This document shows positions 28,560-40,393 of a stretch of 60,723 nt of DNA, one piece after another. The position numbers were made by a program, and so were the translations under genes. Where the stretch lies: assembly GCA_021432655.1 (NCBI GenBank), contig MU271250.1, forward strand, positions 62,001 through 122,723, given 5' to 3'. The notes below the pieces were generated by a model. That model did no database searches and was not told the origin of the DNA. It worked only from the letters and a program-made list of their open reading frames with translations. This DNA comes from Atractiella rhizophila. Its lineage: Eukaryota. Numbering within the stretch: position 1 is the stretch's first letter; each line of letters opens with the position of its first letter.

Positions 28560-28897
28560 CGAGCAGATTGTGAGGAGGCTTGCGACGGAGCCGAAGCGGT
28601 CGGCTTGACCTTCGGCGAATTTTTGGCACTTTCGACTTCAACTCGACCTACCGTGGTCCCAATGAACAAGTGGGAGAAGTGGTTAGTAGTGGTAGAAAGA
28701 GCTGGCTCTAGACTACTAGGCTGCCACACAGCTAAGGGGGAGAAATTTCGGTTTGAATAAGGCTGCCCTTCCCTTCGGGATTAAGTGATGGCAGACATAG
28801 GTTACAACTTGAACTATTTTATGCAATATTTCAACAGCCAAACAACAGTAAATTCACATATATAAAGATACACAAGGCAAAATTACTACTTCAACAG

Positions 28898-29990
28898 TTA
28901 TAGAGTGGACAATGAGGACTCTGTTAGCAGGTAAGATGAACAAATGGAGACGAACCTAGTGGCTGATAGGAGTAATGTTACTCTCATCAACATCATCAAA
29001 GTCTGGTTCGAGAAAAACATTGGCTTCATCAGCCTGCCCCTTTTCAACCTCTTTACCCTGCCCCTCCCAGACGCCCTGAGAGCATTCTTCTTCAACTTCT
29101 TGATGGGTGAGGCTTCCTCATTCCTCTGACCAATGCTAATGCTGTGTTTCCCATCGTTTTGACTGATCAAAGCATTCGATTTCCTCTTTGCCGCCCAAGT
29201 GCCGATTTTGCCTCCAGTTGTGGAAGCAGAAGATGCAGAGTTAGCAAGGTTGAGTTGAGTGTTGATTGAGATGATCAAAGCATCATCAACAGATGGATTG
29301 CCACGAAGAAAATGGAGGAACCGGGATTGGGCAGAGGCCGTTTTAAGAAACGTTTGCCGCTTCTTTTAGCATGCATCTTGAAGTGTATAACTTGGCCCTG
29401 AAGTGGAAAATGAGAAAAGTGAAGTGGTGAAATGGAATGGAAGACAAACTTCCAGACTGTTTGCAGTCTTCATGCAACATCCTGTTGTAAAGGTGATCAT
29501 AGCATTGTCTTGGGATCCAGTAATACTGTTGACTGAGCCAAGAGCAGAAATCATGCTCAGGGCAGGCTCGATATGTTCAATGTTTCCAATGGGGAAGACA
29601 TTTTCGGCCATCAACATGATAGGTTTCGAAGCAACTACAAGAATATTGCCAGAAAAGTAAACAATTGTATTATCTGGGATCAATGGTGTAGAGCTCTGTT
29701 GCCAAGATTGAATTGTTGCTGGAAGCCCTTCAGTCATCCCTTGCCAATGGGTAAGTATAAAGAAGAAATGAAGAAGCAACACAGGACATACCTTCACATA
29801 CAATTTCAGTATCTGCAACAACCTCACCTTGCCCAGTTCCATCCAGGAAGCATTGGTGTATGCCAAAATCCTTATCCTTATATAAAAAGCACGACGGGTT
29901 TGACCATGACTCACGCATGTACTTTTGAGCTCTTATATCACCGCCCACAACAACCCGGTCAGAATTCTGAGCATACCAACAGAATACGCG
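28898..29990 (-). pseudogene. Helitron-associated divergent gene, putative tandem OB-fold ssDNA-binding protein, frameshifted
   Basis: Beta-rich spliced exons (LPATIQSWQ..LIPDNTIVYFSGNILV; ISALGSVNS; IHFKMHAKRSGKRFLKRPLPNPGSSIFFV), then a frame change into a Ser/Lys-rich tail; the fold call is inference. Confidence 0.4.
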
Positions 29991-29995
29991 TGTCG

Positions 29996-30171
29996 GCGCC
30001 CTTCGAACCGTATACAGCAAAGCCTGTTTGAAAGACAAAAAAAAAAATTGTTTTCCTGACTGAGTCAGGTGACTTTTGACCCTGCGCCCTTCGAACCGTA
30101 TACAGCAAAGCCTGTTTGAAAGACAAAAAAAAAAATTGTTTTCCTGACTGAGTCAGGTGACTTTTGACCCT
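29996..30171. repeat. Perfect 88-bp tandem duplication (2 copies) containing A11 and the palindrome CCTGACT-G-AGTCAGG
   Basis: 29996-30083 is identical to 30084-30171. Confidence 0.95.
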
Positions 30172-30605
30172 TTGGGCGAAGCTTTGGTTACCTACTCAAA
30201 GTAAGTTGATAGAACGTAAAAGTTGTACTGTGGTTTAGTTGGTGTGTGGCAAAATTCAGGTTAGGGATCATGTTTATGTGGGTTCGATTCTCGGTGGGGT
30301 CACATTTTGTCACCCGAAAAGTACAGCGCTGCGAAGTGCCTGCACGCGATTTCTTCAGCGCTTTCTCTGATTTCTCGCATCGTGCGCCAAAAATCATTGT
30401 TTCCTAACTATGAGGGAAAGTGAGCAAATGTTCATGCAAGTGAAACAGTTCTTTCAACACAAATATGCTTCCTAACAATCTACTATAGCATCCCTGAGTC
30501 CATTACCATCAAATCAAATCAAGCAAAAGGAGCATAGGTGTGTGTACTCTAGCTTATGTATTCTTCACTTACATTATTTTGCTATGTGCAGCAAGCTACA
30601 CTCTC

Positions 30606-33600
30606 ATGCCACGTGCAATTCAGAGAAATCAAACAAGAAATCGAGAGCGCCGATCCAAACGGCCCCAAAATCTGCAGCAGGAGGCACCACCACACCAAGG
30701 CCGACCTATAAGGGAGAGGCGACGCCCTGCACGTTTTAATCCTACTCCACCGACTCCACCTCAGCATGAGACGAGACCAACTAGGGCTCCACATCACCGG
30801 CGACGTCGAAGCTCATCACTGTCTAGATCGTCACGACCAGCTCGACGACATCGGAGACAGCGTTCACCCTCCCCTGAGGAGGACAGTGAAGAAGAGGCTC
30901 AACAGCACCCATCCTCTCCTAATCCTGAGGATGGAGACAGCAATGAGGATAGGGCATTAGTCCCGTTGTTGCAAGGCGAACAAAGGCAACATCACTATCC
31001 TGCATTCAACTACTCACCTGATATGGATCTTGAGGCACACCACCTCTCTATGTGGGGATTACTTTGTACACATTGCAAAGCCTTTCATTGGATGGAAGAG
31101 AAGATCGTTAACAGCCCACAATATAATCCAAAGTTTTCATTGTGCTGTCTACATGGCAAGGTGCTGCTACCTGTTCCTCCACCTCCTCCTGAAGAGCTAC
31201 GAAAGCTTTTTACGTATCACAATACAACAGGTAAGTATTTCTATTCAATTTATTGCATATACATATCTGAGAGGAACAATCATTATAGAGTCAAAGCAAT
31301 TTCGAGAGCATATCAGGGTATTCAACAATGCTTTTGCCTTTACATCCTTAGGTGTCCGCCAGGTATCAATTCCTGGACACGGTCCCTACTCCTTCAAAAT
31401 TCAGGGAGAGCTGTGCCACCTTATTGGTACTCTTTTGCCACAACAAGAAGGGGGCGAAACATTTGCACAGGTCTACATTACAGATTCAGCTGTACAGATT
31501 GAACGAAGAGTTGGGAACTCTTCAGTCTTACTGAGTCGTGCTACGCTTGAAGAACTTCAGGCTATGCTCTTCCGTGTCAACCCATATCCGAGGATCTACA
31601 AATTTGCAAAAGAAAGAATGGAACAGGATCCCACCACCACACTACACCTTCGCACAGTAGCTCCACAAGATAGGGACCCAAGACGCTACAACATTCCTGT
31701 AGCCAGCGAAGTTGCTGTGGTGATGGTAGGAGATGGCAACAGAGAAGAATATGGAGTGGCCAGAGATATTATCATCCAGCTCAGGGCAACCACAACCGGT
31801 AGCAACTTACAGCGTGTCAATGAGCTCAACTCAAATTACCTTCCACTTCGTTTTCCTCTTCTGTTTCCATATGGGGACCAAGGATGGCATCCGCAGATTC
31901 CGTATCGAGACCTGCCTGCAGATCTTCCTCCTCGCGAGCGAGAGCACTTCAATGATGATGGCATGCGGGTTGGTAATTCCGGGGTTCGACAACGTGTCAG
32001 CCAAATGGAGTTCTATTCTTACATGTTGCATCAACGAAGTGATATATTCTCACTACCTCTCTATGGTGGTCGGCTATTACAAGAATTAGTAGTTGACGCT
32101 TATGCACAAATTGAAGCATATCGTCTCCGCTACCTTCGGTTCAATCAGTCTATTCTTCGAGCTGAGGTATATCAAGGTCTTACAGATGCCCTTGCGGAAG
32201 GCTATCCTTTAGAAGATATAGGAAGGCGGACTATATTACCATCAAGTTTCACTGGCAGTCCACGTTCAATGAATCAGCTGTTCCAGGATGCGATGGGTAT
32301 AGTTGGTGCCAAGGACCCCCAAATATCTTTACAACCTTCACTTGCAACCCAAACTGGGCAGAGATCACGGGAAGCCCTCCTACCAGGACAAAAACCAGAG
32401 GATCGGCCAGATTTGGTTTCAAGGGTTTTTCGACTGAAGGCTCTGGAGTACATCAAGGATTTAGTGGTACGACAGATTTTTGGAAGGGTTATCGGATATG
32501 TCTGGGTCATTGAATTTCAGAAGAGAGGTCTACCACATGCGCACATCCTGTTGATTCTTCATCCTGAAGATCTTATCAGGGACGAGGCAGCCATCGATCG
32601 AGTAATTCAAGCAGAGCTGCCTGATCCGGACAAGGACCCTGTATTGTTTGAAATAGTCACCAAACATATGCTACATGGTCCATGTGGTGAACATAATCCA
32701 CATGCACCTTGCATGGTTGATGGAAAGTGTGGCAAAGGGTATCCCAAGCCTTTTGTCGAGGAAACAAGAATCAACGAAAATGGTTACCCTACCTATCGAC
32801 GACGTAACAACGGCCGGGTTTTTCGGAAGATGATACGGGGTCAAGAATTTATATATGATAATCGATGGGTAGTGCCCTCTAACCCTTGGGTCCTAAGGAA
32901 GTTTCTGGCTCACATCAACACAGAGATCTGTATCTCAATTCGCTCTATCAAATATGTCTTTAAATACGTATACAAGGGGCCAGATAGAGCACAATTAGTC
33001 TTAGAATCAGATGCCAGTGGAGCGAGAGAGCCAGTGGATGAGATTAAAGAGTATTTAGATGCACGGTATGTTGGTGCTTCGGAAGGTTCGTTTTGTCCAT
33101 TCTCCAAAAAGTTGACAGTTAAGTAGTGTTATAATTTTTAGCGTGCTGGCGGATTTTCCACTTCAAGCTTCATGATCACTCTCCAACTGTGATTCGACTG
33201 AGCATTCATCTTCCAAATCAACAGATGGTCATTTTTAATGCAGAAGACGATCAACCTGAAGATATACTTTCAAGGAGAAACATTGGGAAAACAATGCTTA
33301 GCGAATTTTTCCAATTTTGCCGTGACTCTCCCCAGGTCTCCCGATTGTGGACCTATCCTCAAGCACCTCGACATTTGGTCTGGCAGAGTAGTTCAAAGCG
33401 CTGGAAGATACGTGAGAAAGGTGATGCTATTGGTCGGATATATTATATTGCACCGTCACAAGGGGAGCTCTTTTATCTTCGACTACTTCTTCACAAGATC
33501 CCCAGTCCTAAATCTTTTGAAGATATTCGTACAATTGATGGTCAAGTTCACGAAACATTCAAAGCAGCCTGTGTGGCGTCAGGTCTACTGGAAAGTGACG

Positions 33601-35499
33601 AAGAATGGGATCTGTGTCTGGAAGATGCCAACGCAATCAAACGAGGATCAGCAATCCGTTCTCTTTTTGTCTATATTGTGGTCTTTGGAGTTGCCAGCGA
33701 ACCATTACAACTGTTTCGAAGACACTATGACAAGCTCAATGATGATTGTGCGCATCGTCTGCAAACAGTTTATGGAATCGCTGCACCTTCTGAAGATCAG
33801 ATCCGAGACTTATGCCTTATCGAACTAGAGGATCTGCTACATGGTCTAGGCAAGACACTAGAGGAGTATAGGCTGCCATTACCTGCTCACAGGTTTGGAC
33901 GATGGGGAGGAGAGACAAGAATAATTGGAGAAGAGCTGGCATACAACGTTACAGAGTTGGAGCAACGTCTTGATAGGGATCTTCCTCTTATGAATGAGGA
34001 TCAACGACATGCATACGATACAATCATCGAAGCCTGGCAGAGTGGCACCGGAGGACTCTTCTTTCTTGATGGGCCTGGAGGAACTGGAAAGACTTTTGTT
34101 CAGAATCTTATACTGGCAAGAGTAAGATCATCCAACAAGATTGCACTGGCAGTAGCCTCTTCTGGAATTGCTGCTATTCTGCTTGAAGGTGGTCGTACTG
34201 CTCATACATGATTCAAGATTCCCCTCAATGCAGATGCTCAATCAGTTTGTGGTATTTCGGCTCAAAGTGATCATGGAAAGCTATATGTCAAGGCAGAAAT
34301 TATCCTGTGGGATGAAGCCATTATGAGTGATCGCCTCTCCGTCAGCTGTGTGGATCGGTTGGGGCAGGACCTTAAAAAGGATTCAAGGCCATTTGGAGGA
34401 ACCCTTATGGTTTTCTGTGGTATGATACTTCCTTTTAAGTAGTTCTTTATGAAACCTACTGTTCACAGGAGATGGCAGACAATGTCTTCCAGTAGTGCCA
34501 AATGGAAGCCGAGCTCAGATTGTGGATGCCTGCATCATTAATTCTTACTTCTGGCCGAATGTTCAAGTCCTGCCTTTGAAAACCAATATGCGCCTTCTTC
34601 GAGGCCAACAGGAAATGACACCAGCCGAATTTCAGCATGTGACCAGATTTGCCCAGTGGCTCCTTGATGTTGGAAATGGTCTCACTGATAATCCGTCAGA
34701 CAACGGATGTGGAGCCTTAACGATACCAGATGGATCTATTATTCCATCCCATGAAGAACTAGATGGCCTGTTGCGCTCAATTTACGGACAACTAGATTCT
34801 CTGCGAAATATCCCTGCTCTGAGCTTCCTTCAAGAATACTTCCAGGTTCGCATGATTCTAGCAGCAAAGAATGTGGATGTGGATGGCATCAATGATCGCT
34901 TGATTCAACGGCTCGAATCCACAGGAGATCGGATATATTACAGTGCAGATCAAATTATAGATGATGAGGGAGATCTCAGAAATCGCTTCTCTGTTAAGTA
35001 CCTGAATACCCTGGAGATCTCTGGATTCCCTTCGCATCGTTTACACCTCAAGACCGGTGCACCCATCATTCTTCTACGAAATCTCAATCCATCTGCTGGC
35101 CTGTGCAACGGCACGCGGCTCATTGTCACTCAGCTTCTCCGACGAGTCATCGAAGCAACCATCATTACAGGTGCACACAGTGGAGAATCAGTTCTCATTC
35201 CTCGAATCGGCATTGACAGTGCAGTATCAAACCAGCTTCCTTTTCAATTCCGGCGCTTTCAATTCCCTGTGCGCTTAGCGTTTGCCTTAACTCTGAATAA
35301 AGCGCAAGGACAATCTGTTGGACATGCGGGTTTGTACTTAGAGTCTTCTCCTTTCTCTCATGGGCAGCTTTATGTTGGTCTTTCACGGGTTTCAAACGCG
35401 AACAATTTACGAGTATTGGTCAAAACAAAGCAAGGAGAAGAAAACAAGCAAACAGATAATGTAGTTTACAAGGAAGTGTTACGAGTACTCAATCACTGA
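30606..35499 (+). pseudogene. Helitron RepHel (HUH Rep + Pif1-family helicase), 3 introns, one premature stop and a compensating frameshift pair
   Basis: Zn motif CTHCKAFHW..CCLHGKV; VIEFQKRGLPHAHILL (HUH); KYVFKYVYKG; Walker A DGPGGTGKT; ILWDEA; FALTLNKAQGQS; FSHGQLYVGLSRV; introns 31231-31288, 33086-33141 and 34420-34468; TGA at 34209 in GGRTAHT*FKIP. Confidence 0.95.
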
Positions 35500-35621
35500 T
35501 CATCTCTCAGCATGTTCCTAACAGTATAGTCAAAAGCTGAAGTGGTTCTCCGAGGTACGAGGAGACCACTCAGCTTTTCATTGTTTTTTGAAGACAGTAG
35601 AGTACATATGGTGAGTCTGTG

Positions 35622-35728
35622 CTCGCCGAAGGCGAGGCCCCACGCAGTGGCCGCCGGAGGCTGGGGTCCAAGGGGCGAAGCCCCTGGCGGGGGGGGATGC
35701 CCGAGGGACGAGGGCACTGACACACTTG
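35622..35728 (+). other. Helitron 3' terminal hairpin cluster and CTTG terminus
   Basis: CTCGCC-GAA-GGCGAG (35622-35636), AGGGGC-GAA-GCCCCT (35671-35685), TGCCC..GGGCA (35698-35716), CTTG (35725-35728). Confidence 0.75.
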
Positions 35729-35729
35729 T

Positions 35730-36006
35730 TGCATAAAACTGGGCAGAGAACATGTCGAATCGCCAAAGTTCTGTTTGTTAATTGAGCACTATCCTGGATA
35801 AGAATAAGGAATAACTTATCACAGAAGTAAGGACAAAACTTTCACGTGAGAAGGAACCTGAGTCGAAGAAGAAACTTTTATTGATCCTCTTTTCCTAGTG
35901 AAATACAAAGGAAGGAGGAGGGCTTTTTATATGACAGAGCATTCGGATAAGGAGGGTAGATTATTGTTGCAGAAGGAGCACATGTTCAAATGTGATATCA
36001 CGTACA
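35730..36006 (-). mobile_element. Possible LTR fragment of a second element interrupting the gypsy protease
   Basis: Minus strand begins TGTAC exactly where protease homology (..LPSPV) ends; contains TATAAAA and AATAAA on the minus strand; other terminus not found. Confidence 0.35.
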
Positions 36007-36255
36007 TACTGGGGAAGGAAGTTGAGTGACAGGTAGGTTGTATGCAGAAACGAGTTTTGGAGAAATAAAAGAAGTAGTTGCGCCGCTGTCGACGAGCGCC
36101 GATGTGGCCTGTCGGCGATGGGAATGTGGATGGTGGAATGCGGTTCTGAGTTTCGTCTTCGAACTGACAAGAGATGCTGTTGTCGAGCGTAAGTGGACTT
36201 TGTCGTACATTTTTGCGACTTCTGCGCATCTTTGTCTCCAGGAGGGAAAACACAA
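36007..36255 (-). pseudogene. Retrotransposon aspartic protease, truncated
   Basis: ATSALVDSGATTSFISPKLVSAYNLPVTQLPSPV (DSG catalytic motif). Confidence 0.85.
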
Positions 36256-36385
36256 TTTCGGGAATGGGGAGTCTTGTTCTGACGGGGGAATACTGTGCTG
36301 GGCGGCATTTTGTTGGAAGTGATTTTAGATGATGTAAATGAATTGCAAATCGGTGATGGGGACACTTCTTCCACCCACCGCCGTC

Positions 36386-37518
36386 CTAAAAATCCTCCTC
36401 AAGATCTTTCGATTGGGTAACACCCGTATTCGGCGACTGGTCGGCGAATTGTCCGAATTGTCGTTCTTGGTGCATCATTTTTGAATCAAAATATTCCCCT
36501 TGGGCCCGAAGATATTGCTCCTTGTTCATAGTCGTTCTACACTCTCTTTCCCGGTGTCCTATCTTTTGGCATCGCCTGCAACGGGGAGGTCTAGATTTTG
36601 TCGCGTCGACTTCCATGTCATCGGGGTCTTTGGCTCTGTGAGCGTGTGGAGCGGCGTTTGGTGACGGATCGGCGACCGTTGACAAAGTGGCACTCGGTCG
36701 ATACGATGCGGGTGTTCTGCTTTCTCTGTGCTTTGATGATTTTGAGCTGTCCCTTTTGGCAGAAAACGTATTTTGTGGTCCATCTTTCGCCGATGGGATG
36801 TTTCGAAAGAAGGTTGAATGAGCAGATTCTTTCGCATCAATTCGCCGAGATTTTTCTTTCCAGTCTTCCAGCGATTTTGGGAACTCCCCTTGGGTTACTT
36901 TGAGGTGTAGGGCAGGATTGAGTCCTTGTTTGAAGAAAAAAATGAGGGCTTCATCATCAAAGTCAGCTTGATTTGCCAATTCTTCCAACTTGATGATGTA
37001 GGTTTCTAGGTTCCCCTTTTGTTGGAGGGAAGATATTTTTGTCTGTGCAATGAGCTTGTGGTCTGTCTTGCAGAAACGAGCTTTGAACTCCGACAAAAAT
37101 TGTTCCCACGAAATTTGTTCCTCGTTTTCGACAAGTTGGCACAAAATCCCAGCGGCAAATTTTTCCGCATCTCCTTCTTTCATGTAAGAAAGGGTAAATA
37201 GGATTTTCGATTTTCGGTCGGGAATTGGCCTGGAACAGTAGACGTGTAGACGTAAATTTCGCGTAAAAATGTCGGAGCTGTGTTGGGCACTCTTTTGAAG
37301 ATTGAAGGTGGGGCAAGTTTGATACCTGCATATGGTGCAACTTGGGCAGTTTGGGGTATAGAGGGAGAAGGGTAAGCCTGAGGTATTGGGTCTGTTCGTG
37401 ATAAAAAGGGGGAAGTGGTCCCACTATCTCTAGGAGGGGGTAGTCTGGAGTCTAGCAATTGTAAAATTCGGTCATTTGTGTTTTGGACGTCGGACCTCAG
37501 TTGCGCAATTTCATTCAC
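36386..37518 (-). pseudogene. Ty3/gypsy Gag with CCHC zinc knuckle; -1 frameshift in an A-run near 37205
   Basis: LAPPSIF..FL, (ILFTLSY)MKEGDA, SWEQFLSEFKARF, LQQKG..YI, FFKQGLN, DPDDMEVD, CRRCQKIGHREREC. Confidence 0.9.
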
Positions 37519-37737
37519 ATTCTGGGAGGTTTGTGCATTTTGTTGGTTGAAGCTTGTTATGAGGTCTTGTTCGAGTTTTTGAATTGCTTTTCAGTTGTGA
37601 GGTGTAGAGTTTGGAACATCCTTTCTAAGTGCTGGATGCGTTCTTCGCTCGTCAGCGGTTCGCGCGTTTCCATATCTCCCCAAACCTCCGACATTTTTTA
37701 AGTTTTGCTGTTCTGAAAGGTAGAGAGAGTATTCTTC

Positions 37738-38225
37738 TGTTAGGGCTGACACTATGTGCGGTCGCCGATAGGCGATGCGTCTGTAGTGGAGGTAAATCTA
37801 AGAGAATAGTATGGCATGAGAAGACTAACCTGTAGTGGAGGTAAATCTAAGAGAATACTCTGAGGTCACCACCACTACATCTCGATGTATATATACATAA
37901 GTAAAGGCACTGCCATAAACTGTAACATACGTTGCTTGAAACGTGTGAGATAGCTAGATCAGGAAAGTAATAAAGGGAATACTCGGAAATAAGATATACT
38001 GGGCAGTACTAGTCAGAAAGGACAATAAGGCGAAAATGGAGACGATGCAGACCGGCGAAATGTATAAGGTTTGCTGAGCAGCGATTCGTGTGAGGAATGG
38101 AAAAGCGGCGAACAGCACAGACCTATGCAGAGTGGCGATGGGTAGGTACATGATCACATGACACGGTAAGATGGGTCACGTGACCTCGGATGGTGCATTT
38201 CGGTAATGTGTGGGCAAGCCTGACA
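37738..38225 (-). repeat. 5' LTR (488 bp) with TG...CA termini and an internal 28-bp direct repeat (37781-37808 / 37830-37857)
   Basis: Imperfect terminal inverted repeats TGTTAGGGCT...AGCCTGACA; TATATA box near 37890; located directly upstream of gag. Confidence 0.8.
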
Positions 38226-38495
38226 AAATGCTGGTTTTGTGAAGTTCAAAGAAAAAGTGCACGCTCAGGCAACTCCATCGTATGATCGATATCTTCCCGC
38301 ACTCCTGACATTATCCCTCAGCTGCAAGACCCATTCCAAAAGCTCACCCCACGAACCACAAACCGATGTGCAGATTACCTCCTTAACAAGAACCATCCTT
38401 CTGCAGCAGATCTAGCAACAACTAGGGACAGCTGCTCAAGGTAGTTGAGGGCTTGAAAGGTGGATAGCGTGTTTCAGGTGACTTGATCCATGAGG

Positions 38496-38591
38496 GAATG
38501 CTGAAGGAGAGGTGGATGAATGCTGAAGGAGAGGTGGATGAATGCTGAAGGAGAGGTGGATGAATGCTGAAGGAGAGGTGGATGAATGCTG
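38496..38591. repeat. 22-bp minisatellite GAATGCTGAAGGAGAGGTGGAT, 4.4 copies
   Basis: Four perfect copies plus a partial fifth. Confidence 0.95.
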
Positions 38592-38614
38592 CAGTTGAGA
38601 GCAAGTGAAAAAAG

Positions 38615-39064
38615 TTGAAGAAGGTGATTAGAAAGGGCACTGGAGTCATCACAGCAGAGAAATTGGTGGTGCTAAAGTCAAAAGTCGTGGCTGAAGAGCA
38701 AGAGAAGGTCAGGAAGGAAGTGGAGAAGGCGGAGAAGCTTGAAGAGAAAGTGAGACAGAGGATGGGAAAGATCGAGGCATCGGCGGCAAAGTATGCAGCA
38801 ACGGCTGAGAAGCGACTCCGTATATACCTGGAACGACTGCAAGAGCAGAATCAGCCAAGGGAAGGCAGAAGGGGAGAGGGAGGGGGAGGGGAAGAGGGAG
38901 GGGAAGAGAAGAGGAGTTACCCGGCGGTAGAACAAGAGTTCCGCACAAACGAGATGGAAAGCAAGTATTGTGCGAATGGGAGTTGGAGGTTGAGGAGAAG
39001 GTCCATCAATCCCTCCAAACTGAGCTGTGTATCAGCATTGATCCCAATTCTATCAATAATATGA
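38615..39064 (+). pseudogene. Lys/Glu-rich helical ORF resembling the C-terminal tail of a DNA-transposon ORF
   Basis: KVIRKGTGVITAEKL followed by a charged helix; lies in the TE island; no catalytic domain seen. Confidence 0.25.
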
Positions 39065-40393
39065 TGTCAGAAGGGGAACCTATCATTATTCCTGTTCAAA
39101 AGCAGGACACAGAATCCAACTGCGGTCAATCAGATGAGAGCCAGTGCGACGTAGCTTAAAGGCATTGTCATCAATTCCTATTTTGCATTTTTATAGCATC
39201 AAATACCCATTTATTTGTATATAAGTTGCAAGATCAAATAACGTACATAATAGCACGTCTCCAAAAGCTAACTGAGCCCACGAAAGGCAAAAACGACGTA
39301 CCAAACGGCGCTGGCCCCAGACCCCACTACACTTAAATCTTCCCCAACCCATGCCTCATACTCACAAAAAACAGTGTCCTCCCAGTCCTCCGTCCAACCA
39401 CAACTGTTCAAAAGATATAAAAGCTGAGAGAATCCGAACTTCAGTGACAGAGGGAAGAAGCCCTGTCCATGTTGCTGATGTCAAAAATAACCCTTAGCAG
39501 GCCGGAAAAGGAACACACACCATCAAAAAGAAGCTTCAGAAGGTTTCTAGGAGATTTGGATGAGAGGGAAAGAGAGGGAATGAAGAGGTTAGAGTTTGGA
39601 GGCGGTGGAATGTGCTGGAATATGCGCTGTGCGTCTTTTGAACATGGACAACTAGAGAAAAATCTGCCCTTTCGGCACAAAAATACATGCGTATGTAGCT
39701 GAGGCTACCAATAATGGGGCACTAAAGAATGATTGGCGGACGAGGGAGAATGGCTGAAAAAAATGTCGTTGCATCATAAGGTTCATGGTTGACGGTCAAT
39801 GATGGTTGACCTGGATCGAGCTAAAAATAGGGTTCCCGATGTCTTGATACAGCATGATGGCCTTATAGCTTTGAGTGGAGTCTTTTATGAAGCCCCCATC
39901 ATTTCAGCTACCTCCTGTTATTATTTGTAAATAACTAGGTAAATTTACATTGCTGTTATTTACATCAGGCTTTCACCCTGGGTAAGCATGATGTGACAGA
40001 TAGTTGTCCATTATTGAAATGTTTCCGCATTTCGCAACATTCGCTGGAATATTGGGAAATGCGGTCCAAACGCAACCTTTCAAAATGCTCTCGCATTTGC
40101 AACGATTGTGCAATTTCCTCACCCCTCACCCACAGTTTCGATGCCAATTGCTTCCCAACCACTCGCACTCAGGTCGGGATTTTACAGGGTTGCAGGACCA
40201 TTCTCAAGGTTGGGCTTGGAGACAATCATTGTGTGAGGGATGGCTATGATTGCAGCATGATCCTGAAAAGGGGGGTCTAGTTAGGAAGTACCCTCTCGAA
40301 CTCGTCGAACCTGCAGCGGAGCCAGAGAGTTCTTTATCGCTCAGCACTCGTTTCAAGTCTCGCGTCACACATCTGCTGAGTGTCCGAGTATCC

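Larger units (their letters stand above)
28790..35728 (+). mobile_element. Helitron rolling-circle transposon; 3' end defined, 5' end approximate
   Basis: RepHel gene; 3' GC-rich hairpins followed by CTTG then T at 35725-35729; 5' boundary only inferred as lying left of the divergent gene. Confidence 0.8.
36007..38225 (-). mobile_element. 5' half of a Ty3/gypsy LTR retrotransposon (LTR, PBS, gag, protease); RT/RNaseH/integrase absent
   Basis: LTR 37738-38225, gag 36386-37518, protease motif ALVDSGATTSFIS. Confidence 0.9.

Noticed and set aside
30606..35499. Telomere-linked RecQ helicase (TLH)
   Set aside because: The motifs are Pif1/SF1 with an HUH Rep, i.e. a Helitron, and it lies 25 kb from the end.
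38496..38591. CRISPR-like repeat array
   Set aside because: Units are contiguous with no spacers, the context is eukaryotic, and no cas genes are present.
39300..39420. Tc1/mariner-like fragment (WLDEDWEDTVFC, minus strand)
   Set aside because: Too short, lacks the SDE motif, and no terminal inverted repeats were found.
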